DNA from: an uncultured Gemmatimonadales bacterium
Lineage (GTDB): Bacteria; Gemmatimonadota; Gemmatimonadetes; Longimicrobiales; Gaopeijiaceae
Assembly (NCBI GenBank): GCA_963809895.1
Contig: CAWELD010000004.1
Coordinates: 128,001 to 192,000, forward strand
Direction of reading: 5' to 3'
Length of the DNA stretch: 64,000 nt
This document shows, piece after piece, positions 50,183 through 60,902 of this stretch (position 1 is the first letter of the stretch; every line of letters starts with the position of its first letter). Below the pieces are notes generated by a model. The model saw nothing but the letters and a program-made list of their open reading frames with translations, was not told the DNA's origin and ran no database searches. The translations under genes were made by a program, and so were the position numbers.

Positions 50183-50605
50183 ATGCTTCCCTTCGACGTC
50201 GATCTCAAGCCAGGCCAGTCGCCCTATCGGCAAGTCGTGTACGCCGCCACGAAGGCGGTCGTGTCCGGTGAGCTGTCGCCCGGGGCCCCCTTTCCCTCGG
50301 TCCGGGTTCTGAGCCAGGCCCTGAAGGTGAATCCGAACACCGCCCACAAGGTGGTGGCGGAGTTGGTGCGGGCTGGGCTCCTGGAGGTGCTGCCCGGAGT
50401 AGGAACGGTCGTGGCGGAGTGGGGGCCCGCCTCACCCCAGGAGCGCCGCGCGCTCCTCTCGGAAGAGGTGGAGCGTCTCCTCGTGGAGGCGAAGCGACTG
50501 GGCTTGAGCCAGCGGGAGGTGCTGGACGCGGTGGCGGGCCGTTGGGAGGAGCTGTTCGGAGATTCCATCGGCGCCGGCCCCTCCGAGGCCGCCGCGGCGA
50601 GCTGA
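50183..50605 (+). CDS. GntR family (YtrA subfamily) transcriptional regulator
   Basis: PSVRVLSQALKVNPNTAHK, PGVGTVV; short C-terminal domain; precedes ABC genes. Confidence 0.92.
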   Translation: MLPFDVDLKPGQSPYRQVVYAATKAVVSGELSPGAPFPSVRVLSQALKVNPNTAHKVVAELVRAGLLEVLPGVGTVVAEWGPASPQERRALLSEEVERLLVEAKRLGLSQREVLDAVAGRWEELFGDSIGAGPSEAAAAS

Positions 50606-50619
50606 GGAGGGCGCTCAGC

Positions 50620-51543
50620 ATGACTCCGGTCATCGAGGCGCGAGGTCTGACGCATCGCTACGGGCGCACCACGGCGCTCCGCGACGTGGAGTTGGATGTC
50701 GCCGAAGGCTCCCTCTACGCCCTGCTCGGCCCCAACGGGGCCGGCAAGACTACCCTGCTCAAGATCCTCCTGGGTCTGCTGCGGCCCACCCGGGGAGAGG
50801 TCGCGGTGCTCGGCAGGGACATCCGGCACTTCCAGCCGCGGCACCGCGCCGAGGTCGGGTACGTGGCCGAGGGGCAGCGACTGCCGGGATGGATGACGCT
50901 CGAGACCCTTCAGCGCTATCTCGCTCCTCTCTACCCCGCCTGGGATCACGCGCTGGCCTCGCAGCTCCAGCGGCGCTTCCGGCTGCCAGTGGATCGCAAG
51001 CTCCGCACCATGTCGCGCGGCGAGCGCATGAAATCCGCGCTCCTGTGCGCGCTGGCCCCGCGGCCGCGGCTGCTGGTCATGGACGAGCCGTTCACCGGAA
51101 TGGACGCCCTGGTCAAGGACGAGCTGGTACGGGGACTGCTCGAGTCCGTGACCACCGAGGGATCCACGGTGCTGCTGTGCTCGCACGACATCGGCGAGTT
51201 GGAGCTTCTGGCCGACTGGGTGGGCTTCCTGGACGCCGGGCGCCTCATCCTCTCCGAGCCCATGGACGTCCTGCGTGGCCGCTTCAAGCGCGTCGAGGTC
51301 GTCCTCAACGGAGGAAGCTTCGTCGCCATGGAGGAGCTGCCCCCGGATTGGCTTTCGATCCAACGCTCGGGTCCCCGAGCGGCCTTCCTGATTCCCGACC
51401 ACGGCGCGAAAGCCGCCGAGGCAGAGGTGCACCGGCGCTTTCCGGGCGCCCGTCGGGTCGAGATGAAAGCTGCAACGCTCCGGGAGGTCTTCGTGGGCCT
51501 TGCTCGCGAAGGCCTCGGCCGGGACAGCGCGGAGGTGGCGTGA
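50620..51543 (+). CDS. ABC transporter ATP-binding protein (YtrB-like)
   Basis: GPNGAGKTT, MSRGE, VMDEP, SH. Confidence 0.93.
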   Translation: MTPVIEARGLTHRYGRTTALRDVELDVAEGSLYALLGPNGAGKTTLLKILLGLLRPTRGEVAVLGRDIRHFQPRHRAEVGYVAEGQRLPGWMTLETLQRYLAPLYPAWDHALASQLQRRFRLPVDRKLRTMSRGERMKSALLCALAPRPRLLVMDEPFTGMDALVKDELVRGLLESVTTEGSTVLLCSHDIGELELLADWVGFLDAGRLILSEPMDVLRGRFKRVEVVLNGGSFVAMEELPPDWLSIQRSGPRAAFLIPDHGAKAAEAEVHRRFPGARRVEMKAATLREVFVGLAREGLGRDSAEVA

Positions 51544-53168
51544 TGACGTGGTTCGCGCAGGTAGGGCACGTGATGAAGAAGGACCTGAGGCAGCACCGGT
51601 GGATGATCGGACTGGTGCTGGTGGCGTTGGGGATGGTCACCGCTCAAGCGGTCGGTCGACCGGTGCTTCCCGATGTGGCGGGCAACGATGCCCTGGGCGT
51701 GCTCACCTCGTTGGCGGGGGGCCTTCCGCTTCTGACGCTGGCCTCCGGGCTCCTGGTGGCGTTCCTGATTCAGTCCGACTCGCCTGCCCGGAGTGACGCC
51801 TTCTGGGTGACACGTCCTGTCTCACCCTCCGCCATGGCAGCAGCCAAGGTGTGCATAGCGATCGGGCTGCTGGTCCTGGTCCCCCTCATTCCCCAACTGT
51901 GGGCACTCCACACGTACGGAGTCTCATGGGCACACATGCCGGCTTTTCTCGGTCAGTCTGCCGTCGCTCAAGCCGGCCTGCTGGCCTTCGCGGCCGGCGT
52001 AGCCGCCATGACCCGTGACCTCCGCTCTTTTCTCGTTGCCTTCTTCCTGAGCTGGACCGGTGCGACAGTGACGTTCCGGCTCCTGCGCGTGGCGGCGGGC
52101 GCCAACGACCGGATCCCCATGCCATCGATATGGATCTGGGGTGCGGTGGCGACACTCCTCGGCCTCGCCCTCGTGGCGTTCCAATATCGCGTCCGCGATA
52201 CCCGATTGACGTTGCGCGCGTTCGTAGTGCCGATCGCGGCAGGGCTCGCGCTGCTCGCCTGGGTCGGGACGGATCTCGGCGGAAGGCACGTCGGGGCACC
52301 GGTCCCGGACGCACTCCGTCCGGACGGAATCGACCTCTCGCTCCGGAAGATCGAGCCAGTCTCTCCCTCACCGCGCCACAAGGCCCAATCCCGACTCTCC
52401 GTGGAGGCGCACATCGTTGGGCCGGTTCCGGGTGTCCGATACGCTCTGCGCGATGGACGCTACACTGTCCACCTCGCCGACGGACGCCGAGTCACGGGCA
52501 CCGTCGCCTTCAACGTGACCAGCTTCCGGCTCGCACCTGCCGATCTGGAGAACGTGGACTGGCTCGACGAGCCGAGCCCGTGGAGAGAACGAGATGGCGA
52601 CCAGACCATCACGGGCGGTGCACTCATGCCCCGGGAAGCGGCCGTGGAGTTGGCCGATGGCTCCGCACGGATCGAGGTCGATACGGGCATGGAGGTGAGT
52701 CGGCCCCGGGTGCTCGGACGCATGGCGCTGCGGGAGGGTGCAGGTGTGCGAGCCGACGGACGCCGTGTCGACATCGGATCCGTGACCAACGCGGGCGGCG
52801 ATCCCTTCGTCAGCCTTTCCATGGAGTCGGTGGATCTCGGCGGGATGACCGTCAGCAACGCGGTGCGACCATCCCTCGACCGAATCGAGCTGGCGGCCCT
52901 CGATCCCTCCGAACGGCAGGGTGTGCACCTCTGGAAGGGGAGCGCGCGCGGAGGTGGTGGGCGGACGCTGGTGCTCCCCGGCCCCGAAACGAGGAGGTTC
53001 GGGGGCACGTTCAGACCGATGGTGCCGCCCGGAGCTCGAAAAGGCTCTCTTCCGACATGGCTCGCCGATGCCCGGCTCGTGGTGTTCGAATGGACGCCTG
53101 TAGGCGGCTACGCGGTCCACGTCGAGGCACGCGGAGGCATCCCGGACGACACGAGCCCGACCCGCTGA
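51543..53168 (+). CDS. ABC-2-type permease-like membrane protein with a large C-terminal soluble domain
   Basis: HVMKKDLR start, AFWVTRPVS....AAK, about seven TM helices; coupled to the ATPase (GTG at 51540 also possible). Confidence 0.8.
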   Translation: MTWFAQVGHVMKKDLRQHRWMIGLVLVALGMVTAQAVGRPVLPDVAGNDALGVLTSLAGGLPLLTLASGLLVAFLIQSDSPARSDAFWVTRPVSPSAMAAAKVCIAIGLLVLVPLIPQLWALHTYGVSWAHMPAFLGQSAVAQAGLLAFAAGVAAMTRDLRSFLVAFFLSWTGATVTFRLLRVAAGANDRIPMPSIWIWGAVATLLGLALVAFQYRVRDTRLTLRAFVVPIAAGLALLAWVGTDLGGRHVGAPVPDALRPDGIDLSLRKIEPVSPSPRHKAQSRLSVEAHIVGPVPGVRYALRDGRYTVHLADGRRVTGTVAFNVTSFRLAPADLENVDWLDEPSPWRERDGDQTITGGALMPREAAVELADGSARIEVDTGMEVSRPRVLGRMALREGAGVRADGRRVDIGSVTNAGGDPFVSLSMESVDLGGMTVSNAVRPSLDRIELAALDPSERQGVHLWKGSARGGGGRTLVLPGPETRRFGGTFRPMVPPGARKGSLPTWLADARLVVFEWTPVGGYAVHVEARGGIPDDTSPTR

Positions 53169-53229
53169 TATCGCGGGCCGGGCTCGCCGGTCGAGACCAC
53201 GTGAACGGACCAGGGCCGCGAGGGCCCCG

Positions 53230-54939
53230 TCAGTTCCCCATCATCCCGGGCTGGGGCGGACGGGGCAGCATCTCGTCGCGCTGGGCGGCCTGCCAGGCGA
53301 AGCTCGCCACCACCATGGCGTTGAACATCATGTCGTCGGGCTGCAGCCGCTCGTAGACGTCCTGGTTGGTGTGGTGCGTGACGTTGCCGTAGTCCAGCGG
53401 ATCCTGGATGAACTGGAAGCCCGGCAGGCCCACCGCGATGTAGGACAGGTGGTCGGTACCGCCGGTATTGCTGATGGTGAGCGTCTTCATGCCCATGTCC
53501 TCGAAGGGCCCCATCCAGGCGTCGAAGATCGGCCGTTCCTCATCGATACCCTGCAGGTACACGCCGCGGATCTTGCCGCTGCCGTTGTCGACGTTGAAGT
53601 AGGCGGCCAGCTTGCCCTGCTCGGCCGTGGGGTGGAATCCGCTGTCGTCGGAATAGCCGAAGTGCTGCCGCACGTACGCGCGCGAGCCGAGCAGCCCCTG
53701 CTCCTCACCGGTCCACAGCGCGATCCGGATGGTACGACGGGGCTTCAGGTCCAGCGCCTTCAACAGACGCATGGCCTCGAGCATGACGCCCGATCCCGCG
53801 CCGTTGTCGGTAGCACCGGTGCCGGCGTGCCAGGAGTCGAAGTGGGCCCCGATCATCACGACCTCGTCCTTCAGATCGGGATCCGTGCCCGGGATCTCAC
53901 CGATGATGTTGAAGGAGCTGGTGGTCTCCGGGTAGAACCGGTTCTCCATGTTGAGCTCGAGCTCGACCGGTACGCCCTTCTCCACCATGCGCGCGATGCG
54001 GCCGTACGACTCGCGGGCCAGATGCACGAAGGGCACCCGGGGGGCGCCGGCCACCCGGGGGGCACCGTTGTCGGTGCCGATGTCGCCGCCCACGTGACGC
54101 GTGTCGTTGAGGAGGATCGCCGACACGCCCTGGTTCTGAAGCCAGCGCAGGGTCGTGGTGTCGTTCACGTTGACCCCGGAGCGCCGGAAGAAGAAGCGCG
54201 GCGGCGGGCCGCCGGCCTCCTGTGCCGCGGCCACCGCGGCGATGGAATCCCTCGTGAACTGCGCCTCACACACCGGCGACAGCTCCGGGGCGTTCGCACC
54301 GAACCTGCCGAACCGCCGGCCGCCGCCCTCGCTGGGCTGCGCGGCGGCCATCTCGGCCAATTCCTCGGCGGTGTAGCGGTGACCGGTGGCTTGGAAGTCC
54401 GTGACCGGCCCATCCGACGGCTCCGCCGCCATGACGAAGGCGCCCTGGAGCGTGCCCGCGTAATCCTGCTCCAGCTCGTCGGAGCAGCCCGCCTCGATGA
54501 GCCTCGCCTCACCGGTCACGGTTCCGTTCGTGCCGGCGGACCAGGCCCGGGGCACGGCCTCGACGATGAAGGGCACCGGCGACACCGCCATGAACGAGAA
54601 ACGCTCGTTCTCCCAGCCGATCCCCGGCGGGTCCGACCACGTCTCGGTGTGCACGTTCTCCAGGCCCCAGGAGCGCATCTCCTCCATGGCCCAGTCCTTC
54701 GCGCGGGTGGCGTTGGGTGACCAGGTGAGGCGGGGACCGTAGACGTCGGACAGCCAGCTCATGATCTCCATGACCTGGGAGTGGTCCGTCTCCTCGGCCT
54801 TGATGCGCTCGATGGTGGACACGTCCACCGGCTCCTGGGCCGAGAGGGGAAGCGCCAGCGCGGCCAGGGCCGCGAAGGCGACGGTGCGGGTCGTGACGCG
54901 ACGGAGTGCGCGCGCGCCGGATAGGCCGTCGATGGGCAT
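53230..54939 (-). CDS. M28 family metallopeptidase (carboxypeptidase Q-like), secreted
   Basis: Signal peptide, GPRLT, GAHFDSW, GATDNGAG, GEEQGLLGS, GTDH, HHTNQD. Confidence 0.92.
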   Translation of the reverse strand: MPIDGLSGARALRRVTTRTVAFAALAALALPLSAQEPVDVSTIERIKAEETDHSQVMEIMSWLSDVYGPRLTWSPNATRAKDWAMEEMRSWGLENVHTETWSDPPGIGWENERFSFMAVSPVPFIVEAVPRAWSAGTNGTVTGEARLIEAGCSDELEQDYAGTLQGAFVMAAEPSDGPVTDFQATGHRYTAEELAEMAAAQPSEGGGRRFGRFGANAPELSPVCEAQFTRDSIAAVAAAQEAGGPPPRFFFRRSGVNVNDTTTLRWLQNQGVSAILLNDTRHVGGDIGTDNGAPRVAGAPRVPFVHLARESYGRIARMVEKGVPVELELNMENRFYPETTSSFNIIGEIPGTDPDLKDEVVMIGAHFDSWHAGTGATDNGAGSGVMLEAMRLLKALDLKPRRTIRIALWTGEEQGLLGSRAYVRQHFGYSDDSGFHPTAEQGKLAAYFNVDNGSGKIRGVYLQGIDEERPIFDAWMGPFEDMGMKTLTISNTGGTDHLSYIAVGLPGFQFIQDPLDYGNVTHHTNQDVYERLQPDDMMFNAMVVASFAWQAAQRDEMLPRPPQPGMMGN

Positions 54940-55079
54940 TACCATGCTCCGCGAAATGGGATTCCAGACGGGCTCGTCAGCGAGCCAGCGGTTCAACATG
55001 CGGCACGCGGGATCGCTTGTCACGCGCCGAGCTCCACGGCCCCCGCCAGGTCGGACATGTTCGTGTCGCCCGCCCCGGG

Positions 55080-57486
55080 TCACTCCCAACGGAGCGCTGC
55101 CACCGGGTCCAGCCGCATGGCGCGGATGGCGGGCACGACGACGGCCAGCACACCGGTTGCCACCAGAACGGCCGCCACACCCACGAAGGTCGCCGGATCG
55201 CGGGGCTCGACCTGGTAGAGCGCGGACACCAACGCCCGGGACACCAGGAGGGACAGGACGCTGCCGACAAGGATCCCCATGGCCACCTGCCGGAGACCCC
55301 ACGTCAGCACCAACCGGAGAATCCCGCCGGGCTGTGCCCCCAGGGCCCGGCGCACGCCGAGCTCGCGGGTGCGTTGCGCCACCGAGTGGGCCATGACGCC
55401 GTAGAGGCCCACCGCCGCCAGGAACAGCGCCGCGACCCCGAACAGGGCGAAGACCTTGCCCAGGAGGCGCACGATCCAGAAGACCTCCCGTATGCGAGCA
55501 TCCAGCGTGGCGATGCGAATCACCGGGAGCTCGGGATCCATGGCGGCGACCTGCCGGCGAATCGCCGGCGCCAGGGCCAGCGGATCGCCCTCCATCCGGA
55601 CCAGGAGGTGACCCCCTCCGACGAACGCCGGCGGCGCGGACAGATAGAGGCCCTCCGGGATCGCGTCGCTGGATCCGTTCATCCTCACGTCGGGCACCAC
55701 GCCCACCACCGTGCGGTACTCGTTGTCTGCGCCGTCCTGGACCCGCACCCGGCGGCCGACTGGATCCACACCCGGGAACCACCGGCTCGCCATCGCCTGG
55801 TTGATCACCGCCACCGGCGGACCCTCCCGGTCCGACGTCTCCAGGACCCGGCCACGCAGCGCGCTGAGGCCCAGCGTCTCGAAGAACCCCGGGCGCACCC
55901 CCGCGACCCGTACTCGCGGCCGGTCCTGGTCGCGCAGGTACTGCTCTCCCTCCACCTCGATCCAACGGGTGCCCGTCCCGGCACCGGGCAGGGCGTCGGA
56001 CCAGGTGACACCCCGCACGCCAGGTGCCCCCGACGTCCACGCCACCATCCGGTCCCAGAAGGCCCGGCGGTCCTCGGGCTCGGGATAATCCCGCTGGGGA
56101 AGGTTGATGGAGACCGTGACGAATCCCCCGGAATCGAAGCCCTGATCCTCCACGGCCGCCCCCAGGCTACGGAGCATGAGCCCGGCCCCGACGAGGAGGG
56201 GAAAAGCCAGGGAGATGGCCAGCACGACCATTCCCCGGCTCCAACGGCCCATGCGCAGGCTGGAGGCGCCCCGGCTCTCGTCCTGAAGGACCTCGTGGAC
56301 CGACACCCCGGCGGCTCGCCAGGCCGGGACCAGGCCCGCCAGCAGGGTGGCCAGCGCGGACACGCCCAGCGTGAACAGCAAGACCGGTCCATCCACCTCG
56401 ATGTGCAGCCACAACGGAATCCCCACCACCGACAGGGCGCGTGAGAACCACGTCACGTACAGGTGCGCCAGCCCGACTCCCAGCGCGGCACCCACCGCCG
56501 CCAGCACCCCCACCTCCAGGAGGAGCTGAGCCAGGATCCGCCCGCGGCCCGCGCCCAGCGCCGTGGCGATGGCGAGCTCGCGGCTGCGGTCCATGGCCCG
56601 GGCCATGAGCAGGTTGGCGACGTTGGCGCAGGCCATGACCAGGACGAAGAACCCCGCGGTGATCATCGTGCCCAGAAGCGCGCGGTCGTCGTCGCCGACG
56701 TAGATGCGCGAGATGGGCTGCGCCGCCACCGACGCAGGACGGTTGGTCTCCGGGAATTCCCGCGCCAGCTGGGCCACGATGCTGCTCATCTCGGCCTCCG
56801 CCGCGGCGCGGGTGGCCGAGGAAGCCAGCCGGCCCACCACGAACCCCCTCAGGTCGGCCCGGCCCAGGGTCGTGGGGTCCTGCGGATACGGGAACCACAT
56901 GACCTGATCTTCGGGAAACGCGAAGCCCGGCGGCATGACGCCCACGATCGTGTAGGTCTCGCCATCGGCTCGCAGGGTGCGCCCCACCATGGCAGGGTCA
57001 CCCCCGTAACGGGTCCGCCAGAGCGCGTCGCTGATCACGACCACGGCGTGGCCCGGCCCCGTCTCGTCGTCCTGGAACCCGCGCCCGAGGGCCGGTGGCA
57101 CGCGCAGGATCGGAAACAGCGACGGACTGACCCACGCGGCGCTCACCCGCTCGGGCCGGTCCGCGTCGTCCGAGAGGCTCACCGACCGCTGCGAATAGGT
57201 GGCCAGGTCCTCGAACGAGCTCTGCCGCTCCCGCCAGTCCAGAAAGTCCAGGAAGCTCGCCTGTTGCTGGTACGCCCCGGTCTCCCGATCCGTGCGCGTC
57301 AGGAAGAGGATGGACTCCGAATCGGGATAGGGCAGCCCCCGGAAGAGCACGCCGTACGCGATGGAGTACATGCTCGTGGTGAGCCCGATTCCCAACGCCA
57401 GAGCCAGCACGGCGATGACCGAAGGGAGGGGTGCCCGGAGCAATCGCCGCGCGGCGAGGCGGACTTCGCGGAAGCAGCGTAGACAT
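55080..57486 (-). CDS. Duplicated MacB/FtsX ABC permease (ADOP-type); frameshift about 15 nt after the start
   Basis: LALGIG, CANVANL, RELGVRRALGA, DPVAALRWE; ATG at 57486 gives MSTLLREVR if one C is removed. Confidence 0.9.
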
Positions 57487-57607
57487 GGCGAATGCTCGCG
57501 CGTGGCCCACCGCCAGGCAAGCGGCGCCTCCGGCGCCAATGACGGGTCCCGCTGCCGGTTTGCGTTGAGGGAGGTGGACAGCCATCCCCCCAACGCGACC
57601 CGGAGCC

Positions 57608-58327
57608 ATGGCAGCGCAGCCCCCTATCCGTACGCCTCGTCTCAGCCTCGTCGTTGCCGCCCTGGCCGCGGCGTTCTCTCTGGTCGTCGTTCGTCCGGCG
57701 CCCCTGGCCGCGCAGCGCGGGCTCACGCTGCGGGGCGGCATCAACCTCAGCCGATTCGTCGGCGGGAACGCCGACACCGACTCGAAGAGGGGCTTGAACC
57801 TGGGCGGCGCCCTCCGTGTCGCCGGCGTCGGGCCGGTGGCGATCTGGATGGAGGGGTACTATCGCCAGAAGGGAGCCCGGGGCCTGGCCTACACCGATCC
57901 CCAGAATCCTCCCGCCAACCTCGAGGTGGGGATCGACTACGTGGAGGTCCCGGTCCTGCTCCGTCTGGATCTCCCGGCGCTGGGCTCCAGGGTCCGACCG
58001 TACCTGCAGGGGGGCCCCGCCTTCGGATGGAAGATCGACTGTTCGGTCTCGATCTCCGCGCAATCCGGGGGCCAGCCCACGCCGGACTGCGACGCGCTCC
58101 TCGGAGGCAACGCCGAGGAGACGCTCCGCGACTACGAGCAGGGGCTGGTGATCGGCGGGGGACTCGATCTGGACGTTCTGGGCGGCTTCGGATCGCTCAA
58201 CCTCGATGCGCGACTCACACGGGGTTTGAGCCGCCTGAGCGACGGCTCGGACGGCGTGAAGAACCAGTCGTTCACCCTCATGCTGGGATACGCGCTGGGC
58301 ACGGGCGGCTTGATGCCGGGAGGCTGA
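57608..58327 (+). CDS. Outer-membrane beta-barrel (porin/PorT-like) protein
   Basis: Signal peptide, RGGINLS, YRQKG, DYVEVPVLLR, DARLTRGL, FTLMLGY. Confidence 0.82.
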   Translation: MAAQPPIRTPRLSLVVAALAAAFSLVVVRPAPLAAQRGLTLRGGINLSRFVGGNADTDSKRGLNLGGALRVAGVGPVAIWMEGYYRQKGARGLAYTDPQNPPANLEVGIDYVEVPVLLRLDLPALGSRVRPYLQGGPAFGWKIDCSVSISAQSGGQPTPDCDALLGGNAEETLRDYEQGLVIGGGLDLDVLGGFGSLNLDARLTRGLSRLSDGSDGVKNQSFTLMLGYALGTGGLMPGG

Positions 58328-58431
58328 TCCCCAGGCCAGGAGCCGCGCGGGTCCCCCGGCTCCGCGCAACTTTCTGACGCGAGGCGCTGTCGCACTGGGA
58401 TGCACGAGTCCCTCCTCTCGCCCGGTGACCC

Positions 58432-60858
58432 ATGTCCTCCTTCGTTCGAGCCTCTCGACAGACGCTCCGCCGCCTCGCCCGCAGCCCCGGATCGAGCGCG
58501 GCCGCGGTTGTCACCGTCGCCCTCGGGGTGTGCGCCCTGTCCCTCGCCTGGGGCGCCGCCTACCCGGTCCTGATCCGCCCACTGGACTTTCGCGAGCCCG
58601 ACGCGCTGGTCGACGTGCGCGAGACGTTCCGGGGCGAGGACCGGCAGGTGGCCCCCGCCAACTATCTCGACTGGCGCGCACGCGCCGGGAGCTTCTCCGA
58701 GCTGGCGGCGTACGACGGCGAAACCGTGACGCTGGTCCTGGACGCCGGCGGCGTTCGCATCGGTGCCGCCGAGGTGAGCGGGAACTTCTTCCACACCCTG
58801 GGCGTGGAGGCGTCGCTGGGCCGGACCTTCGATCCGGCGCTGCGCCGCGGTGGCGAGCTCGAGGCCGTTCTGAGCCACGCCCTCTGGCAGGAGAGCTTCG
58901 GAGGGACGCGGGACATCGTGGGGCAGACCGTACGCGTGGACGACCGCAGCGTCCGGGTGATCGGCATCCTGCCCGCCGACTTCCGGTTCGCCCCCGAACC
59001 GGCCCAGCTCTGGCTGCGCTCTCCCGACGAGGCTCCGGAGATTCGCGCTTTCGACGGCGATCTGACGGCCATGCGCGACGCCTGGTACTTCCGTGTCGTG
59101 GGGCGACTCCGGGACGGCACGACGTTGGCCACGGCCCGATCCGAGATGGATGCCCTGGCCAGCGCCCTGCGGGCCGAGCACCCGCGCACCAACGCCGATG
59201 CGGGCATTCGCATCCAGCCATTGGCCGACGTGGTGGCGGCGCAGCGCGGGCCGGCCCTGCGCCTGCTCATGGGCGCCGCCCTTCTGGTGCTGCTGGTGGC
59301 GGCGGTGAACGTGTCCCATCTGCTCCTGGCACGGAGCTGGGCCGGCGCCAGCGAGCGCGGGGTCCGCCGCGCCCTGGGAGCCAGCCGGACGCGCCTGGCC
59401 GCCGCCGCGGCGTCGGAGGGGCTCATGCTCACCCTCGTGGGAGGTGCCCTGGGCGGAGTTGCGGCCCTGGCGCTACCCGGCACGCTGGCTCGACTGCTTC
59501 CGGGCGGCCTGGTGGACGCCTCGGCCAGCCCGGCCTGGCAGGGTGGCATCGGCTTCGCGCTGGCGGCCGCGGCCGTGACCGCCGTGGTGGTGTCGGCCGT
59601 GCCGGCCCTGCTGGCGAGCCGGGCCGACGCCCGCGCGGCCGGTGCGGGCTCGCGGGTGATGGGGGCAACCCACGGAGCCCGCTTCCGCTGGAGTCTGGTG
59701 GCCGTGGAAGCCGCGCTGGCGCTCACGCTCATGACGGGCGCCGGCCTCCTGCTGCGGAGCCTCGTCCAGGTGGGCCGCATCGAGCCGGGCTTCGAGGCCG
59801 CGGGCCTGTGGACCTCTCGAGTGGCCTTTCCCGACGCGCGCTCCCAGCCCTACGAGGTCCGGGTCGCCACCGCACGCCAGGTCATGGCCTCGGTGGCCGC
59901 GCTCCCGGGCGTGGCATCCGTGGGGATCGGCGTCACCAACCCCTTCGCCCAGGGCCCCCGCGCAGGACTCGACGTGGAAGGTCGTCCCGCCGAGCCCTCC
60001 GACTGGCCCGACGTTGCCTGGCAGCCCGTGACTCCAGGCTACCTGAAGACGCTGGGCGTCGAGCTGAGGCGAGGACGGATGTTCGATACCGGCGACCGGC
60101 CCGGCAGCCCCGACGTGGCGGTGGTGAACGAGGCGCTGGCGCGCTCGGTCTTTCCCGGCGAGGACGCGCTGGGCCGCCGCATGACCATCGGATTGGACGG
60201 CCACGACCGGCCGCTGACCATCGTGGGCGTGGTGTCGGACATGCGGAACCGGGGCATGGTGGAGAATCCGGCGCCCATGATGTTCCGGCCTCTGGCGCAG
60301 ACCGTGCGCTGGGGCGCCGACGACCTCTTTCTGGTGGTGCGCACGGCGGAGGGTACCACGCCCCTGAACGCCGGGGCGCTGCGACGGGCGGTGGCGGCCG
60401 CCGCGCCCTCCGCCGCCCCCTATGCAATGCGCACCGGTCCCGAGCTGGTGGCCCGCGAGTCGGGTGAGCTCCGGGGCCTGCTCGGGCTCCTGGCGGCCTT
60501 CGGGGCCACCGCGCTCGCGTTGGGAGCCGTGGGCATCTACGGGGTGGGGAGCTTCGTCGTCGGTCAGCGGCGAGCCGAGCTGGGCCTCCGGCTCGCCCTG
60601 GGCGCGGCACCGGGCCAGGTCACGACCCTGGTCCTTCGCCAGGGGCTGGCCGCTACCGCCGCCGGTCTGGCGGCGGGATTACCTCTCGTGCTCGTCCTGT
60701 CCAGGGGCCTGCGCCGGTTCCTGGTGGGCGTGGCCCCCGGCGATCCCGTCACCCTGGCGCTGGCGTCGCTGGCGCTGCTGGCGGGCACGCTGCTCGCGCT
60801 GCTGCCCGCCGCCCGCGACGCAGCCCGCACCGACCCCGCCCGCACGCTGCGAGAGTAG
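58432..60858 (+). CDS. Duplicated MacB/FtsX ABC permease (ADOP-type, divergent)
   Basis: NYLDWR, NVSHLLL, RRALGA, GIYGV, RRAELGLRLALGA, DPARTLRE. Confidence 0.9.
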   Translation: MSSFVRASRQTLRRLARSPGSSAAAVVTVALGVCALSLAWGAAYPVLIRPLDFREPDALVDVRETFRGEDRQVAPANYLDWRARAGSFSELAAYDGETVTLVLDAGGVRIGAAEVSGNFFHTLGVEASLGRTFDPALRRGGELEAVLSHALWQESFGGTRDIVGQTVRVDDRSVRVIGILPADFRFAPEPAQLWLRSPDEAPEIRAFDGDLTAMRDAWYFRVVGRLRDGTTLATARSEMDALASALRAEHPRTNADAGIRIQPLADVVAAQRGPALRLLMGAALLVLLVAAVNVSHLLLARSWAGASERGVRRALGASRTRLAAAAASEGLMLTLVGGALGGVAALALPGTLARLLPGGLVDASASPAWQGGIGFALAAAAVTAVVVSAVPALLASRADARAAGAGSRVMGATHGARFRWSLVAVEAALALTLMTGAGLLLRSLVQVGRIEPGFEAAGLWTSRVAFPDARSQPYEVRVATARQVMASVAALPGVASVGIGVTNPFAQGPRAGLDVEGRPAEPSDWPDVAWQPVTPGYLKTLGVELRRGRMFDTGDRPGSPDVAVVNEALARSVFPGEDALGRRMTIGLDGHDRPLTIVGVVSDMRNRGMVENPAPMMFRPLAQTVRWGADDLFLVVRTAEGTTPLNAGALRRAVAAAAPSAAPYAMRTGPELVARESGELRGLLGLLAAFGATALALGAVGIYGVGSFVVGQRRAELGLRLALGAAPGQVTTLVLRQGLAATAAGLAAGLPLVLVLSRGLRRFLVGVAPGDPVTLALASLALLAGTLLALLPAARDAARTDPARTLRE

Positions 60859-60902
60859 GAGCATGTCGCTGAAGAAGGGGAGTACCGCCAGGGGCCTCCG
60901 GG

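Noticed and set aside
54946..55079. LytTR-type direct repeats upstream of the M28 peptidase
   Set aside because: Candidate units are degenerate and irregularly spaced
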